This document shows, one piece after another, positions 50,435 to 60,435 of a stretch of DNA of 64,000 nucleotides. Each line of letters begins with the position of its first letter. Within the stretch, counting starts at the first letter, position 1. The DNA is from Candidatus Magasanikbacteria bacterium CG10_big_fil_rev_8_21_14_0_10_47_10 (GTDB lineage Bacteria > Patescibacteriota > Patescibacteriia > Magasanikbacterales > UBA922): assembly GCA_002773135.1 (NCBI GenBank), contig PFCB01000022.1, forward strand, positions 7,591 through 71,590. Direction: 5' to 3'. The position numbers and the translations under genes were made by a program. The notes under the pieces were generated by a model. The model was not told where the DNA came from. It saw only the letters and a program-made list of their open reading frames with translations, and made no database searches.

Positions 50435-50468
50435 CATACATTATTATTCGTTATTAATCATATATTCT

Positions 50469-50684
50469 ATGGATATTGAATCAGCACGACTGTTGGCAAA
50501 AGGAATCGCCCTTGCATCAATGTTTGGGTCAGGTATCGGAGAAGGGTACCTCATCGGTAAAGCGCTCGAAGCAATTGGAAGAAACCCAAAGCTTGAGGGT
50601 TCTATTTTTACAAAGATGTTGATCGGTGTCGCGTTGGCGGAGTCAACTGCCATTTACGCGTTTGCCGCCTTCTTTATTCTTTAA
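50469..50684 (+). CDS. atpE: ATP synthase F0 subunit c
   Basis: GSGIGEG...GRNP...ALAESTAIY. Confidence 0.96.
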   Translation: MDIESARLLAKGIALASMFGSGIGEGYLIGKALEAIGRNPKLEGSIFTKMLIGVALAESTAIYAFAAFFIL

Positions 50685-50822
50685 TCACTTCCCAAATCAC
50701 TTTCCACTGATCCTGACCGCGCACTGATACAGGCAGCGTGGTCGGGGGAGGAGGAATCACAGGAAGAGTCTTCCCATGATTCCTCGTCGCTTACATTGCA
50801 GATAACATTTAGGAACCCCGCT

Positions 50823-51329
50823 ATGCAATTTCTTTTAGACATACTCGCAAAGATAGGCTTTGACTGGCACATGGCATTGTTCAATTTGATTAACTTTTTG
50901 ATTGTTTTTTGGATTCTCAAGCGCCTTGCCTTTGATCCGGTGATGAAAATAATTGATGAACGCCAACAAAAAATGAGGGATGGCATTGATAATTATCAAA
51001 AATCAAAGACAGAACTGCAAATGGCCGAGCGTAAGGCACAGGAAATTATTGACGAGGCAAAATCCGAAGGGAATAAACTTGTGGAGCGGGCGCACGACGC
51101 GGCAAAAGATACCGCCGGGCAAATGAAGGAAAAAGCGAGAGCTGAAATCAGTATGCTTGTGGAGCAAGCAAAGAAGAATATTGAAATAGACAGGCAGGAA
51201 ATGCGTGAGCAGCTTCGCAGAGACACCGTTGCCCTGGTAGCCGAGGCCGCGGAAAAGATTATCGGTGAGAAAATTGATACGCAAAAGGACGAGGCATATA
51301 TTACGAGCATTATCGAAGCCTCCGCCTGA
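50823..51329 (+). CDS. atpF: ATP synthase F0 subunit b
   Basis: INFLIVFWILKRLAFDPVMKIIDERQ plus coiled coil. Confidence 0.94.
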   Translation: MQFLLDILAKIGFDWHMALFNLINFLIVFWILKRLAFDPVMKIIDERQQKMRDGIDNYQKSKTELQMAERKAQEIIDEAKSEGNKLVERAHDAAKDTAGQMKEKARAEISMLVEQAKKNIEIDRQEMREQLRRDTVALVAEAAEKIIGEKIDTQKDEAYITSIIEASA

Positions 51330-51330
51330 T

Positions 51331-51714
51331 ATGCCAAAGCTTATACCAATACAATACGCAAAAATTTTGTATCATCTGACCGCTGAATGCGACGACCGGA
51401 ATATTGATGCCGCGGTGGACAGATTTATGCGTTATCTGCGCGAAAATCAGGCCCTATCAAAGCTGGACTACATTTTGGATGCATTTGTGACGTATGCAAA
51501 AGAGCGGCAGGGAATTGTTTCTTTGCGCATAACATCCGCGCGGGAACTCCGTCCTGCATTTATTGAACAAATGGCGCGGCGCGTATCGGACAAGGCGGAA
51601 ACAGAGGTCGCAGTTGACCCATTGCTCATTGGCGGTCTTGTCATTCAGCATGGAAATTCGATTATAGACGCGAGCGTGAAGCATCAGCTGGACAAACTTC
51701 GACGCGCGCTCTGA
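51331..51714 (+). CDS. atpH: ATP synthase F1 subunit delta (short)
   Basis: ITSAREL...VDPLLIGGLVIQHG...DASVKHQL. Confidence 0.88.
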   Translation: MPKLIPIQYAKILYHLTAECDDRNIDAAVDRFMRYLRENQALSKLDYILDAFVTYAKERQGIVSLRITSARELRPAFIEQMARRVSDKAETEVAVDPLLIGGLVIQHGNSIIDASVKHQLDKLRRAL

Positions 51715-51747
51715 ATATCTTAGACTCAACGTTAATTGTTAAATGTG

Positions 51748-53244
51748 ATGGATATGTCATACACAGATCAAGTCGTTCAATCAATTCGAAAAAACCTTGA
51801 GCAGTTTACAAAGCAAGCTGATGTTCTTGAGGTTGGAACCGTTATAGAAGTGGGTGATGGTATCGCCCGCATGACAGGACTGGACAATTGCCAGGCCCAG
51901 GAAATGCTTTCGTTTGAAAATGGCGCCCTTGGGCTGGCGCTGAATCTCGAAGCGGAAACCGTTAGCGCCATTGTTTTGGGCGAATATAAAGGGATATCCG
52001 AGGGAATGACGGTTAAAAGAACCGGCAAAATCATGTCCGTGCCTGTGGGCGACGCGCTCATAGGAAGAGTTGTGGACGCGCTTGGTCAGCCCATTGATGG
52101 AAAAGGGGACCTTGCTACACAGGAGTTTTATCCTGTTGAGCGTATTGCACCCGGCGTGATGAGTCGCGAGCCTGTCAACAAACCCTTGATCACAGGCATA
52201 AAGGCCATTGACGCACTTATTCCCGTTGGACGAGGCCAGCGCGAATTGATTATCGGGGACAGACAGACGGGTAAAACGGCTATTGCTATTGATACTATTT
52301 TAAATCAAAAGGATCAGGATGTTATTTGTGTGTATGTCGCTGTTGGTCAAAAAGAGTCTAAGGTTGCGCGCATAGTGGCAAAACTTCAGGAGGAAGGCGC
52401 CATGGGGTACACCATTGTTGTATCCGCCGGAGCGAGCGAGCCGGCTCCTATGAGCTACCTTGCTCCCTATACCGGCGTCACAATGGCTGAATTTTTTGCC
52501 GACAAAGGAAAAGACGTGCTTGTTATCTACGATGATTTGACAAAGCAGGCATGGGCATATAGAGAAATGTCGCTCCTATTGCGTAGGCCGCCGGGTCGTG
52601 AGGCATATCCCGGTGATGTCTTTTATCTTCACTCTCGGCTTTTAGAGCGGGCCTGTAACCTCAATACAAAAAATGGTGGCGGCTCTATCACCGCGCTGCC
52701 CATCATAGAAACGCAAGCGGGAGATATTAGCGCCTATGTACCAACAAACGTGATTTCCATTACGGATGGGCAAATTTTTCTGGAAACTTCGCTTTTTTAC
52801 AAGGGCATCCGGCCTGCCCTCAACGTGGGCCTATCCGTATCCCGTGTAGGTGGAGCAGCGCAGACAAAACCAATGAAAAAAGTCGCCGGAAGTTTAAAGC
52901 TGGCACTGGCTCAGTTTCGTGAGCTTGAGGCATTCGCGCAGTTTAGCTCTGATCTGGACCCTGACACAAAAAAACAAATAGATAGAGGACAGCGTCTGAC
53001 AGAACTTCTCAAGCAGCCGCAATATTCTCCAATGCCCGCAGAAGAGCAAGTGCTATCAATTTACGCCGCAAGCAATGGCTATTTTGATGCTATCGACCTG
53101 AAGGAAGTGAAGGCCGCAGAGGAATCCCTTATAAAATTTGCAAGAAAAGCAAAATCCGCGCTTCTTGATAAACTTCGTGCGGGTGAATGGAGCGATGACA
53201 TTCAAAATGAACTCAAGGATACCTGCGAGCAATACGCAAAGTAA
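51748..53244 (+). CDS. atpA: ATP synthase F1 subunit alpha
   Basis: [30 protein letters not shown]. Confidence 0.98.
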   Translation: MDMSYTDQVVQSIRKNLEQFTKQADVLEVGTVIEVGDGIARMTGLDNCQAQEMLSFENGALGLALNLEAETVSAIVLGEYKGISEGMTVKRTGKIMSVPVGDALIGRVVDALGQPIDGKGDLATQEFYPVERIAPGVMSREPVNKPLITGIKAIDALIPVGRGQRELIIGDRQTGKTAIAIDTILNQKDQDVICVYVAVGQKESKVARIVAKLQEEGAMGYTIVVSAGASEPAPMSYLAPYTGVTMAEFFADKGKDVLVIYDDLTKQAWAYREMSLLLRRPPGREAYPGDVFYLHSRLLERACNLNTKNGGGSITALPIIETQAGDISAYVPTNVISITDGQIFLETSLFYKGIRPALNVGLSVSRVGGAAQTKPMKKVAGSLKLALAQFRELEAFAQFSSDLDPDTKKQIDRGQRLTELLKQPQYSPMPAEEQVLSIYAASNGYFDAIDLKEVKAAEESLIKFARKAKSALLDKLRAGEWSDDIQNELKDTCEQYAK

Positions 53245-53247
53245 TCT

Positions 53248-54210
53248 ATGGCAGTCTCCTCTAAAGCAATTAAGACCCGCATCAAGTCGGTCAAAAACAC
53301 TAAAAAAATTACCAAGGCAATGGAGCTTGTTTCGGCTGCAAAAATGAGAAAGGCCGTTGATGCGACACTGCAGGCGCGTTTGTACGCGACACTGGCGCAG
53401 CAGCTAATGGAACGTCTTTCAGAGCTGCAAGAGCCCAACTACCCGCTGTTTGAGCAGCGACCGGTCAAAAAGATTCTCATGATATTGATCAGCTCGAATA
53501 GGGGACTGTGCGGCAGTTTTAATGGGAATGTCATGAAGTTCGGCAAAAGGCTTTTGGAAGACAAAAAAAATCTTGCCGCTCACAGAGGTCCGGACGGACA
53601 AAGCACGCCTCCCGGTGCCGGCGATATTGACGTTGAAGTACTGGGAATTGGGCGCAAGAGCGCCGCATTTGCCAAAAAGAACGACCTCGAGCTTATTGAA
53701 GTGTACGATTCTCTTGGCGATAGTCCGGACATTGATGACGCAATTCATATCAGCAAGAACGTGACGGAAAAATTTAAAACAGGTACATACGATAAGGTAG
53801 TGGTGCTCTTTACACACTTTGCCTCCAGTCTTACGCAGACTGTCAAAGTTCGGCAGCTGTTGCCGGTCGCAAAGGCAGAGGTGGACAAATTGCTGACTGA
53901 ATTTCCGAATAAAGATCACATTGGTGAACTCGCGCCGGACAATAGGCCAATTGAAACCTATTTTCTGGAGCCGAGCAGGGACGCGATTTTTGACATTGTT
54001 ATACCCAGGCTGATCGACGTCCAAGTGTATCAGGCCCTTCTTGAATCGGCCGCGAGCGAACACAGCGCGAGGATGGTGGCCATGAAGAACGCGAGCGAGG
54101 CGGCAAGCGAGATGATTGATGCGCTGACACTGGCATTTAATAAGGCCCGTCAGGCCGCGATTACGCAAGAGATTGCGGAAATTGCAGGCGGTGCGGCGGC
54201 ATTAGAATAA
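53248..54210 (+). CDS. atpG: ATP synthase F1 subunit gamma
   Basis: KITKAMELVSAAK, RGLCG, ARQAAITQEIAEI. Confidence 0.97.
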   Translation: MAVSSKAIKTRIKSVKNTKKITKAMELVSAAKMRKAVDATLQARLYATLAQQLMERLSELQEPNYPLFEQRPVKKILMILISSNRGLCGSFNGNVMKFGKRLLEDKKNLAAHRGPDGQSTPPGAGDIDVEVLGIGRKSAAFAKKNDLELIEVYDSLGDSPDIDDAIHISKNVTEKFKTGTYDKVVVLFTHFASSLTQTVKVRQLLPVAKAEVDKLLTEFPNKDHIGELAPDNRPIETYFLEPSRDAIFDIVIPRLIDVQVYQALLESAASEHSARMVAMKNASEAASEMIDALTLAFNKARQAAITQEIAEIAGGAAALE

Positions 54211-54219
54211 TATTATTGA

Positions 54220-55617
<1,398 letters not shown>

Positions 55618-55629
55618 ACAGTACGGACC

Positions 55630-55641
55630 GGGGGGGGGGGG
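55630..55641. repeat. G12 homopolymer tract
   Basis: Twelve consecutive G between the atpD stop and the cyclophilin start. Confidence 0.8.
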
Positions 55642-55658
55642 AAATTGAGTCAGAGCGT

Positions 55659-56306
55659 ATGAAAAAAATTTCTCTTTTATTCGCAATTTTCATAACCATT
55701 GGCGCCGGATGCGCAGCAACCACGCCCCCGCAAGTGCAAGGCAAAGCTGCTGACGAGCAACCGGCTGTAACCCAACAGAAACCTATGAAACGAACACGCG
55801 ACGGGCAAGAGGATCTTGCACAGCAATATGGCAAGGCAATACTGCATACCACAAAGGGCGATATTTCAGTGCAATTTTACGCCGACGAATCTCCAGTCAC
55901 GGTGAACAATTTCATGCATCTTGCGCAGGAAGGATTTTATGACGGGACAGCCTTTCACCGGGTGATAAAGGATTTCATGATCCAGGGTGGTGATCCGCTG
56001 AGCCGCGACAAAGAGTCCGGGCAGCTTCCCGGTTCCGGAGGTCCGGGATATGCATTTGAGGATGAATTCAATAACCACAGGCTTGTGCGCGGCTCCCTGG
56101 CAATGGCTAACGCAGGACCGAATACGAACGGCTCTCAATTTTTTATCGTGACAGCCGCTGAAACGCCTTGGCTGGATCGCCGTCACACCAATTTTGGAGA
56201 AGTTATCGCCGGCATGAATGTGGTGGACAGTATTGAAAATACAGCTGTTGACAGCAATGATAATCCCACCGACCCAATCGTGATTACATCAGTTGAACTG
56301 CAGTAA
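55659..56306 (+). CDS. Cyclophilin-type peptidyl-prolyl isomerase, putative lipoprotein
   Basis: TIGAGC signal; FHRVIKDFMIQGGDP, AMANAGPNTNGSQFFI. Confidence 0.95.
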   Translation: MKKISLLFAIFITIGAGCAATTPPQVQGKAADEQPAVTQQKPMKRTRDGQEDLAQQYGKAILHTTKGDISVQFYADESPVTVNNFMHLAQEGFYDGTAFHRVIKDFMIQGGDPLSRDKESGQLPGSGGPGYAFEDEFNNHRLVRGSLAMANAGPNTNGSQFFIVTAAETPWLDRRHTNFGEVIAGMNVVDSIENTAVDSNDNPTDPIVITSVELQ

Positions 56307-56307
56307 T

Positions 56308-56721
56308 ATGGAATTTAAGGTAGTAACCCCCCATGGGGTGACATATAATGACACCATTGAAAAAGTAACCGTCCCAACACTGGCCGGCGCTCTTACAATA
56401 CTCGATCAGCACGCGCCGATTGTATCTGTGCTGGCCGCCGGCGAAATGGTCATACATAGGATGGACGGTTCAACAGTGGATGTCGCCGTCTCAGGCGGTA
56501 TTATGGAGATCGTCTCAAGTGGCGCAGTGTACATAATGGCCGACACGGCGGAGCGAGCCGAGGAAATTGACATTTCTCGTGCCGAGGCGGCAAAAAAGCG
56601 AGCCGAGGAACTGCTTACGCAACAAAAGAATATAGCCGATGTTGACTTCGCTCGAATTCAGGCATCCATTGAAAAGGAATTGGCCCGCATCAGTATCGGA
56701 AAAAAGTATCGTAAACTGTAG
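56308..56721 (+). CDS. atpC: ATP synthase F1 subunit epsilon
   Basis: VVTP, ILDQHAP, VSGG, RAEAAKKRAE. Confidence 0.94.
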   Translation: MEFKVVTPHGVTYNDTIEKVTVPTLAGALTILDQHAPIVSVLAAGEMVIHRMDGSTVDVAVSGGIMEIVSSGAVYIMADTAERAEEIDISRAEAAKKRAEELLTQQKNIADVDFARIQASIEKELARISIGKKYRKL

Positions 56722-56740
56722 GTAACAACATTATCCACAT

Positions 56741-56767
56741 AAAGCCCGCGTCGGGCTTTTTTTTTTT
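56741..56767 (+). terminator. Terminator of atp operon
   Basis: AAAGCCCG-CGT-CGGGCTTT plus long T-tract. Confidence 0.8.
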
Positions 56768-56828
56768 ACGCAAAACTGTGTATGATATAGATATCACTTA
56801 ACAACGCGTACTATAATCTATCATATCT

Positions 56829-56915
56829 ATGGACTGCGAACATTGTGGCGCACCAATGGACGACGGCCCTTGCATGGATTGCACCGGCTGCAACGACTGC
56901 TGCACCTGCAAGTAG
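56829..56915 (+). CDS. 28-aa Cys-rich metallothionein-like miniprotein (not in ORF track)
   Basis: MDCEHCGAPMDDGPCMDCTGCNDCCTCK*; 8 Cys; AT-rich ...CATATCT-ATG leader; own terminator. Confidence 0.7.
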   Translation: MDCEHCGAPMDDGPCMDCTGCNDCCTCK

Positions 56916-56918
56916 ATG

Positions 56919-56947
56919 AAAAACACGAGACGATCCTCGTGTTTTTT
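56919..56947 (+). terminator. Terminator after Cys-rich miniprotein
   Basis: AAAAACACGAG-ACGATC-CTCGTGTTTTTT. Confidence 0.75.
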
Positions 56948-56979
56948 GATATACTGATCGCACGATATGAGCCTGTCAT

Positions 56980-58737
56980 ATGAAGCGTCACACAAAGCGA
57001 ACTCTTCAAATATACTGGGAAAGCCTGAAGGGCAAACGCGTCCTTTCTTTTTTTGTTATTCTTGGTATCGTGGCGTCATCGATATTCAATCTCGCGCCGC
57101 CATTGCTCTACAAGGAATTTTTTAACACATTGCTGGCACCCAGGGACGCGCAGACCACGCATGCTCTTGTTCAAATTATCGGATTTGTCTTTATCGTGCA
57201 CTTCATTGGATGGTTTTTTTGGCGGTTGACATCGTTTATCAAGGCACGCATTCAGATTCGCGTGCTTGGCAGACTCTTTGATCGGGTATTTAACTCTATT
57301 CACCATCACTCTGTCGGTTTTTTTAATAATACATTTGTCGGGTCACTCGTAAAGCGCGTGAATAGATTTGTATTCGCGTTCAACGAACTCACGGACACTT
57401 TCTTGTATGACTTGCTGGGAACCGGTGTTGAAATAGTGATCATAACCACTGTCCTCTTTTTTCAAAGTCCGGTATTGGGATGGATTATCCTGGGATGGTC
57501 TGTCGTCTTTATTTTCTTTAACTATTTATTTACAGTTTACAAACTTAAATTTGACATTGAGCAGTCTGCCTTGGATTCTCGGACAACCGGGCACATCGCT
57601 GATACGGTTACCAATCAAATTAATCTGAAGTTTTTCGCCTCTCTCCAATCAGAGGCAACCCTTTTTAAAAAAATACATGGTGAGCAGCTTGCAAAACGGC
57701 TTTTTCGGTGGAATCTGGAGTATACCTATGAGGCATTCCAGACATTGCTGATGATCATGCTTGAGTTTGCCATGTTTTATTACGCGATCCGGCTATGGCA
57801 GGAAGGACAAATACAGGTCGGGGACTTTGTCCTTATACAGGCGTACCTGATAACATTATTTAACCGCCTTTGGGGATTTGCGCGCGTGATCCGGAGAATC
57901 TATGAGCAGCTCGCAGACGCGGAAGAGATGACGGAAATATTGGAAACACCGCGCGAGATAAAAGATCTCAAGCGGGCCAAGGATCTTATGGTAAAAAAAG
58001 GCGCGGTGGTCTTTCGGAATGTGAATTTTTTTTACAACAAAACCCGTCCCGTACTGAAAAATTTTTCTCTTTCTCTTAAACCGGGTGAACGAGTCGCACT
58101 GGTCGGTCCGTCCGGCGCCGGGAAAAGTACTATTATCAAGCTACTCTTGCGTTTTAGTGACATTGCTCAGGGCAGCATTATCATTGACAAGCAGGATATT
58201 CGCAAGGTAACACAAGACAGTCTCCATCGCGCCATGAGTGTTGTTCCGCAGGATCCCATTCTTTTTCACCGGTCGCTTATGGACAATATTCGGTATGGGA
58301 AGCCAGGTGCGACTGATGATGAGGTGATTGAGGCGTCAAAAGCGGCGCATTGCCACGAGTTCATTGATGAATTGCCGGAACAATATGGCACCTATGTGGG
58401 TGAGCGCGGAGTAAAGCTGTCAGGAGGTGAGCGTCAACGTGTGGCTATTGCGCGCGCAATATTAAAGAACGCGCCAATTTTGGTGCTTGATGAAGCAACG
58501 TCCAGTCTGGACTCTGAGTCAGAGTTTTACATTCAGGAAGCACTGGATGTACTTATGAAAGAAAAAACAGTCATTGTGATTGCGCATCGACTATCAACCA
58601 TTATGCGCATGGACCGAATCATCCTCCTGGAAAATGGGATGATCGCGGAGCAGGGCACGCACACACAACTCCTGTCTCAACACAAAGGACGATACAGACG
58701 ATTATGGGAGCTTCAGGCCGGCGGCTTTATTACCTAG
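56980..58737 (+). CDS. ABC exporter, fused TMD-NBD (ABCB/MsbA-like)
   Basis: Multi-TM N-terminus; GPSGAGKS, LSGGERQR, LDEATSSLD, IAHRLST. Confidence 0.93.
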   Translation: MKRHTKRTLQIYWESLKGKRVLSFFVILGIVASSIFNLAPPLLYKEFFNTLLAPRDAQTTHALVQIIGFVFIVHFIGWFFWRLTSFIKARIQIRVLGRLFDRVFNSIHHHSVGFFNNTFVGSLVKRVNRFVFAFNELTDTFLYDLLGTGVEIVIITTVLFFQSPVLGWIILGWSVVFIFFNYLFTVYKLKFDIEQSALDSRTTGHIADTVTNQINLKFFASLQSEATLFKKIHGEQLAKRLFRWNLEYTYEAFQTLLMIMLEFAMFYYAIRLWQEGQIQVGDFVLIQAYLITLFNRLWGFARVIRRIYEQLADAEEMTEILETPREIKDLKRAKDLMVKKGAVVFRNVNFFYNKTRPVLKNFSLSLKPGERVALVGPSGAGKSTIIKLLLRFSDIAQGSIIIDKQDIRKVTQDSLHRAMSVVPQDPILFHRSLMDNIRYGKPGATDDEVIEASKAAHCHEFIDELPEQYGTYVGERGVKLSGGERQRVAIARAILKNAPILVLDEATSSLDSESEFYIQEALDVLMKEKTVIVIAHRLSTIMRMDRIILLENGMIAEQGTHTQLLSQHKGRYRRLWELQAGGFIT

Positions 58738-58836
58738 CCATCGATGACTTTCGGTCCTTCTCCTTTCGTCGTTGTACCAATGCTTCTGGACAGACGCCCT
58801 CCAGATGGTATACTACATTCACTAATACTCATATCT

Positions 58837-59313
58837 ATGGCCAAGCATCCATTCCCGGCAAAGATGTTCTTTATGCATCTTTTATCTATCGTTACCCTTT
58901 ACGCGTCAGCAATAGCGTTTATCACCGTCACGCACCAAATGGTGAACCTCTATGTACCGGATCCTTTGTTGAATTATGCGGGATTCCATGAAAATGCAGT
59001 CCAGTCACTTCGTTCCGCATTGTCGTTCTTGATCATAATGTTTCCGGTGTATGTATGGACCCTCTCATACTTGCGAAAAATCTATACAAAAGATTCCGCC
59101 ACAGCCCACAGTGGCATTCGAAAATTTTTAGTATACATGACCATGTTTGTCGCAGGTATAACAATTTTATTTTCTCTTGTGTTCCTGGTGAATAAGTTTC
59201 TGGACGGAGAGCTGACACTGAGTTTTGTTCTCAAGCTCCTGTCCATTCTAATTGTCGCCGGCTCGGTTTTTGGGTACTATACCTATGAAAATAAACAGTA
59301 TGTCACGCATTAA
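58837..59313 (+). CDS. DUF5671-like membrane protein
   Basis: FFMHLLSIVTLY...IRKFLVY...FLDGELT...GSVFGYY. Confidence 0.7.
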   Translation: MAKHPFPAKMFFMHLLSIVTLYASAIAFITVTHQMVNLYVPDPLLNYAGFHENAVQSLRSALSFLIIMFPVYVWTLSYLRKIYTKDSATAHSGIRKFLVYMTMFVAGITILFSLVFLVNKFLDGELTLSFVLKLLSILIVAGSVFGYYTYENKQYVTH

Positions 59314-59791
59314 AATTTTTTACGGGCTGATTATCGCAATAGTCGTTTCGGTAATAGGGTTGGGACTATACTACGCAGGATCTCCGGCCCAAGCGCGCCG
59401 CGAAGCTATTGACCGCGCAAAGGTCAGCGATCTGCAACAAATTACCTGGGCTGCACAGGATTTTGCCTTCAATAGACATACGCTTCCTGAATCACTCGAT
59501 CAGCTCCAGATGACGTCGTCAGGATACAACCTGCGCATTGCGGATCCTGAGACGGCAGAGCGATATACGTATGAAATGAATCCGGATGCTCAGTTGTACG
59601 ATCAGCAAGGATTTCGCTTGTGTGCGACTTTTCTTACAGACAGTGAAGACACGACACCCGAGCTGCGACTTGTCCCAAAGGCAGCTGTGAACGAGGACTG
59701 GACACACCCGGCAGGCTCGTATTGTTTTGACCGATATGCTGACGTTACCGCATCGCCGAATGAACCTATTCGCGTCCCAAAATTTGAGTAG
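59300..59791 (+). CDS. Membrane-anchored protein with pilin/pseudopilin-like globular domain
   Basis: GSPAQAR...DLQQI...LPESL...DPET...LCATF...WTHPAGSYCF. Confidence 0.6.
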   Translation: MSRIKIFYGLIIAIVVSVIGLGLYYAGSPAQARREAIDRAKVSDLQQITWAAQDFAFNRHTLPESLDQLQMTSSGYNLRIADPETAERYTYEMNPDAQLYDQQGFRLCATFLTDSEDTTPELRLVPKAAVNEDWTHPAGSYCFDRYADVTASPNEPIRVPKFE

Positions 59792-59794
59792 CCT

Positions 59795-60346
59795 ATGTAT
59801 ATTCCAATCATATTAGGTACGGGAAGAAGCGATCGCCAGTCCGAAAAGGTGGCGCACTATGTGCACGTGCGCGCCGAATCGTTCGGGCAATTTGACACGG
59901 AGCTGATTGATGTGAGGGAATATGCCGCTCAATTTACCATACCTCCATGGGAGGAAAACGCCGCGACAAAGCCCTGGCGTGACATTGCGGCCAAGGCGGA
60001 CGGTTTTATAATCGTCGCGCCGGAGTATAATCATGGTTACCCGGGCGAGCTAAAGTTGCTGCTTGATCAGGCATATGAAGAATATTTTGATAAGCCTGTG
60101 GCGCTTTGCGGTGTTTCAAGCGGTCAGTTTTCCGGGGTGCGACTTAATTTTGCCCTGCAGGATGTCTGGTTTACCATGAAAATGGTTCCTGCAGGCGCGA
60201 CTTTTTTTGGAAATGTAAAAGAGCTGTTTGATGAGCACGAAAATATTCTGGATGAAACGTATAATACGAGAATTGATGACATGCTCAAACGCCTGCTGGC
60301 GTACGCCAAAGCATTGAAGAATGTCAGAGATGATTTGTCGAAGTAG
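59795..60346 (+). CDS. NADPH-dependent FMN reductase family protein
   Basis: ILGTGR, ADGFIIVAPEYNHGYPGELK. Confidence 0.9.
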   Translation: MYIPIILGTGRSDRQSEKVAHYVHVRAESFGQFDTELIDVREYAAQFTIPPWEENAATKPWRDIAAKADGFIIVAPEYNHGYPGELKLLLDQAYEEYFDKPVALCGVSSGQFSGVRLNFALQDVWFTMKMVPAGATFFGNVKELFDEHENILDETYNTRIDDMLKRLLAYAKALKNVRDDLSK

Positions 60347-60362
60347 AATATTTTCGTGCAAC

Positions 60363-60383
60363 GACCGCCTTCGGGCGGTTTTT
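60363..60383 (+). terminator. Terminator with UUCG loop
   Basis: GACCGCC-TTCG-GGCGGTTTTT. Confidence 0.8.
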
Positions 60384-60435
60384 CATTTTGTCAGCGCTTG
60401 TCCCGACCTCGGCACTCTGATAAAATGATTGCACT

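Noticed and set aside
53419..54168. 249-aa minus-strand ORF
   Set aside because: Antisense to atpG with no independent support
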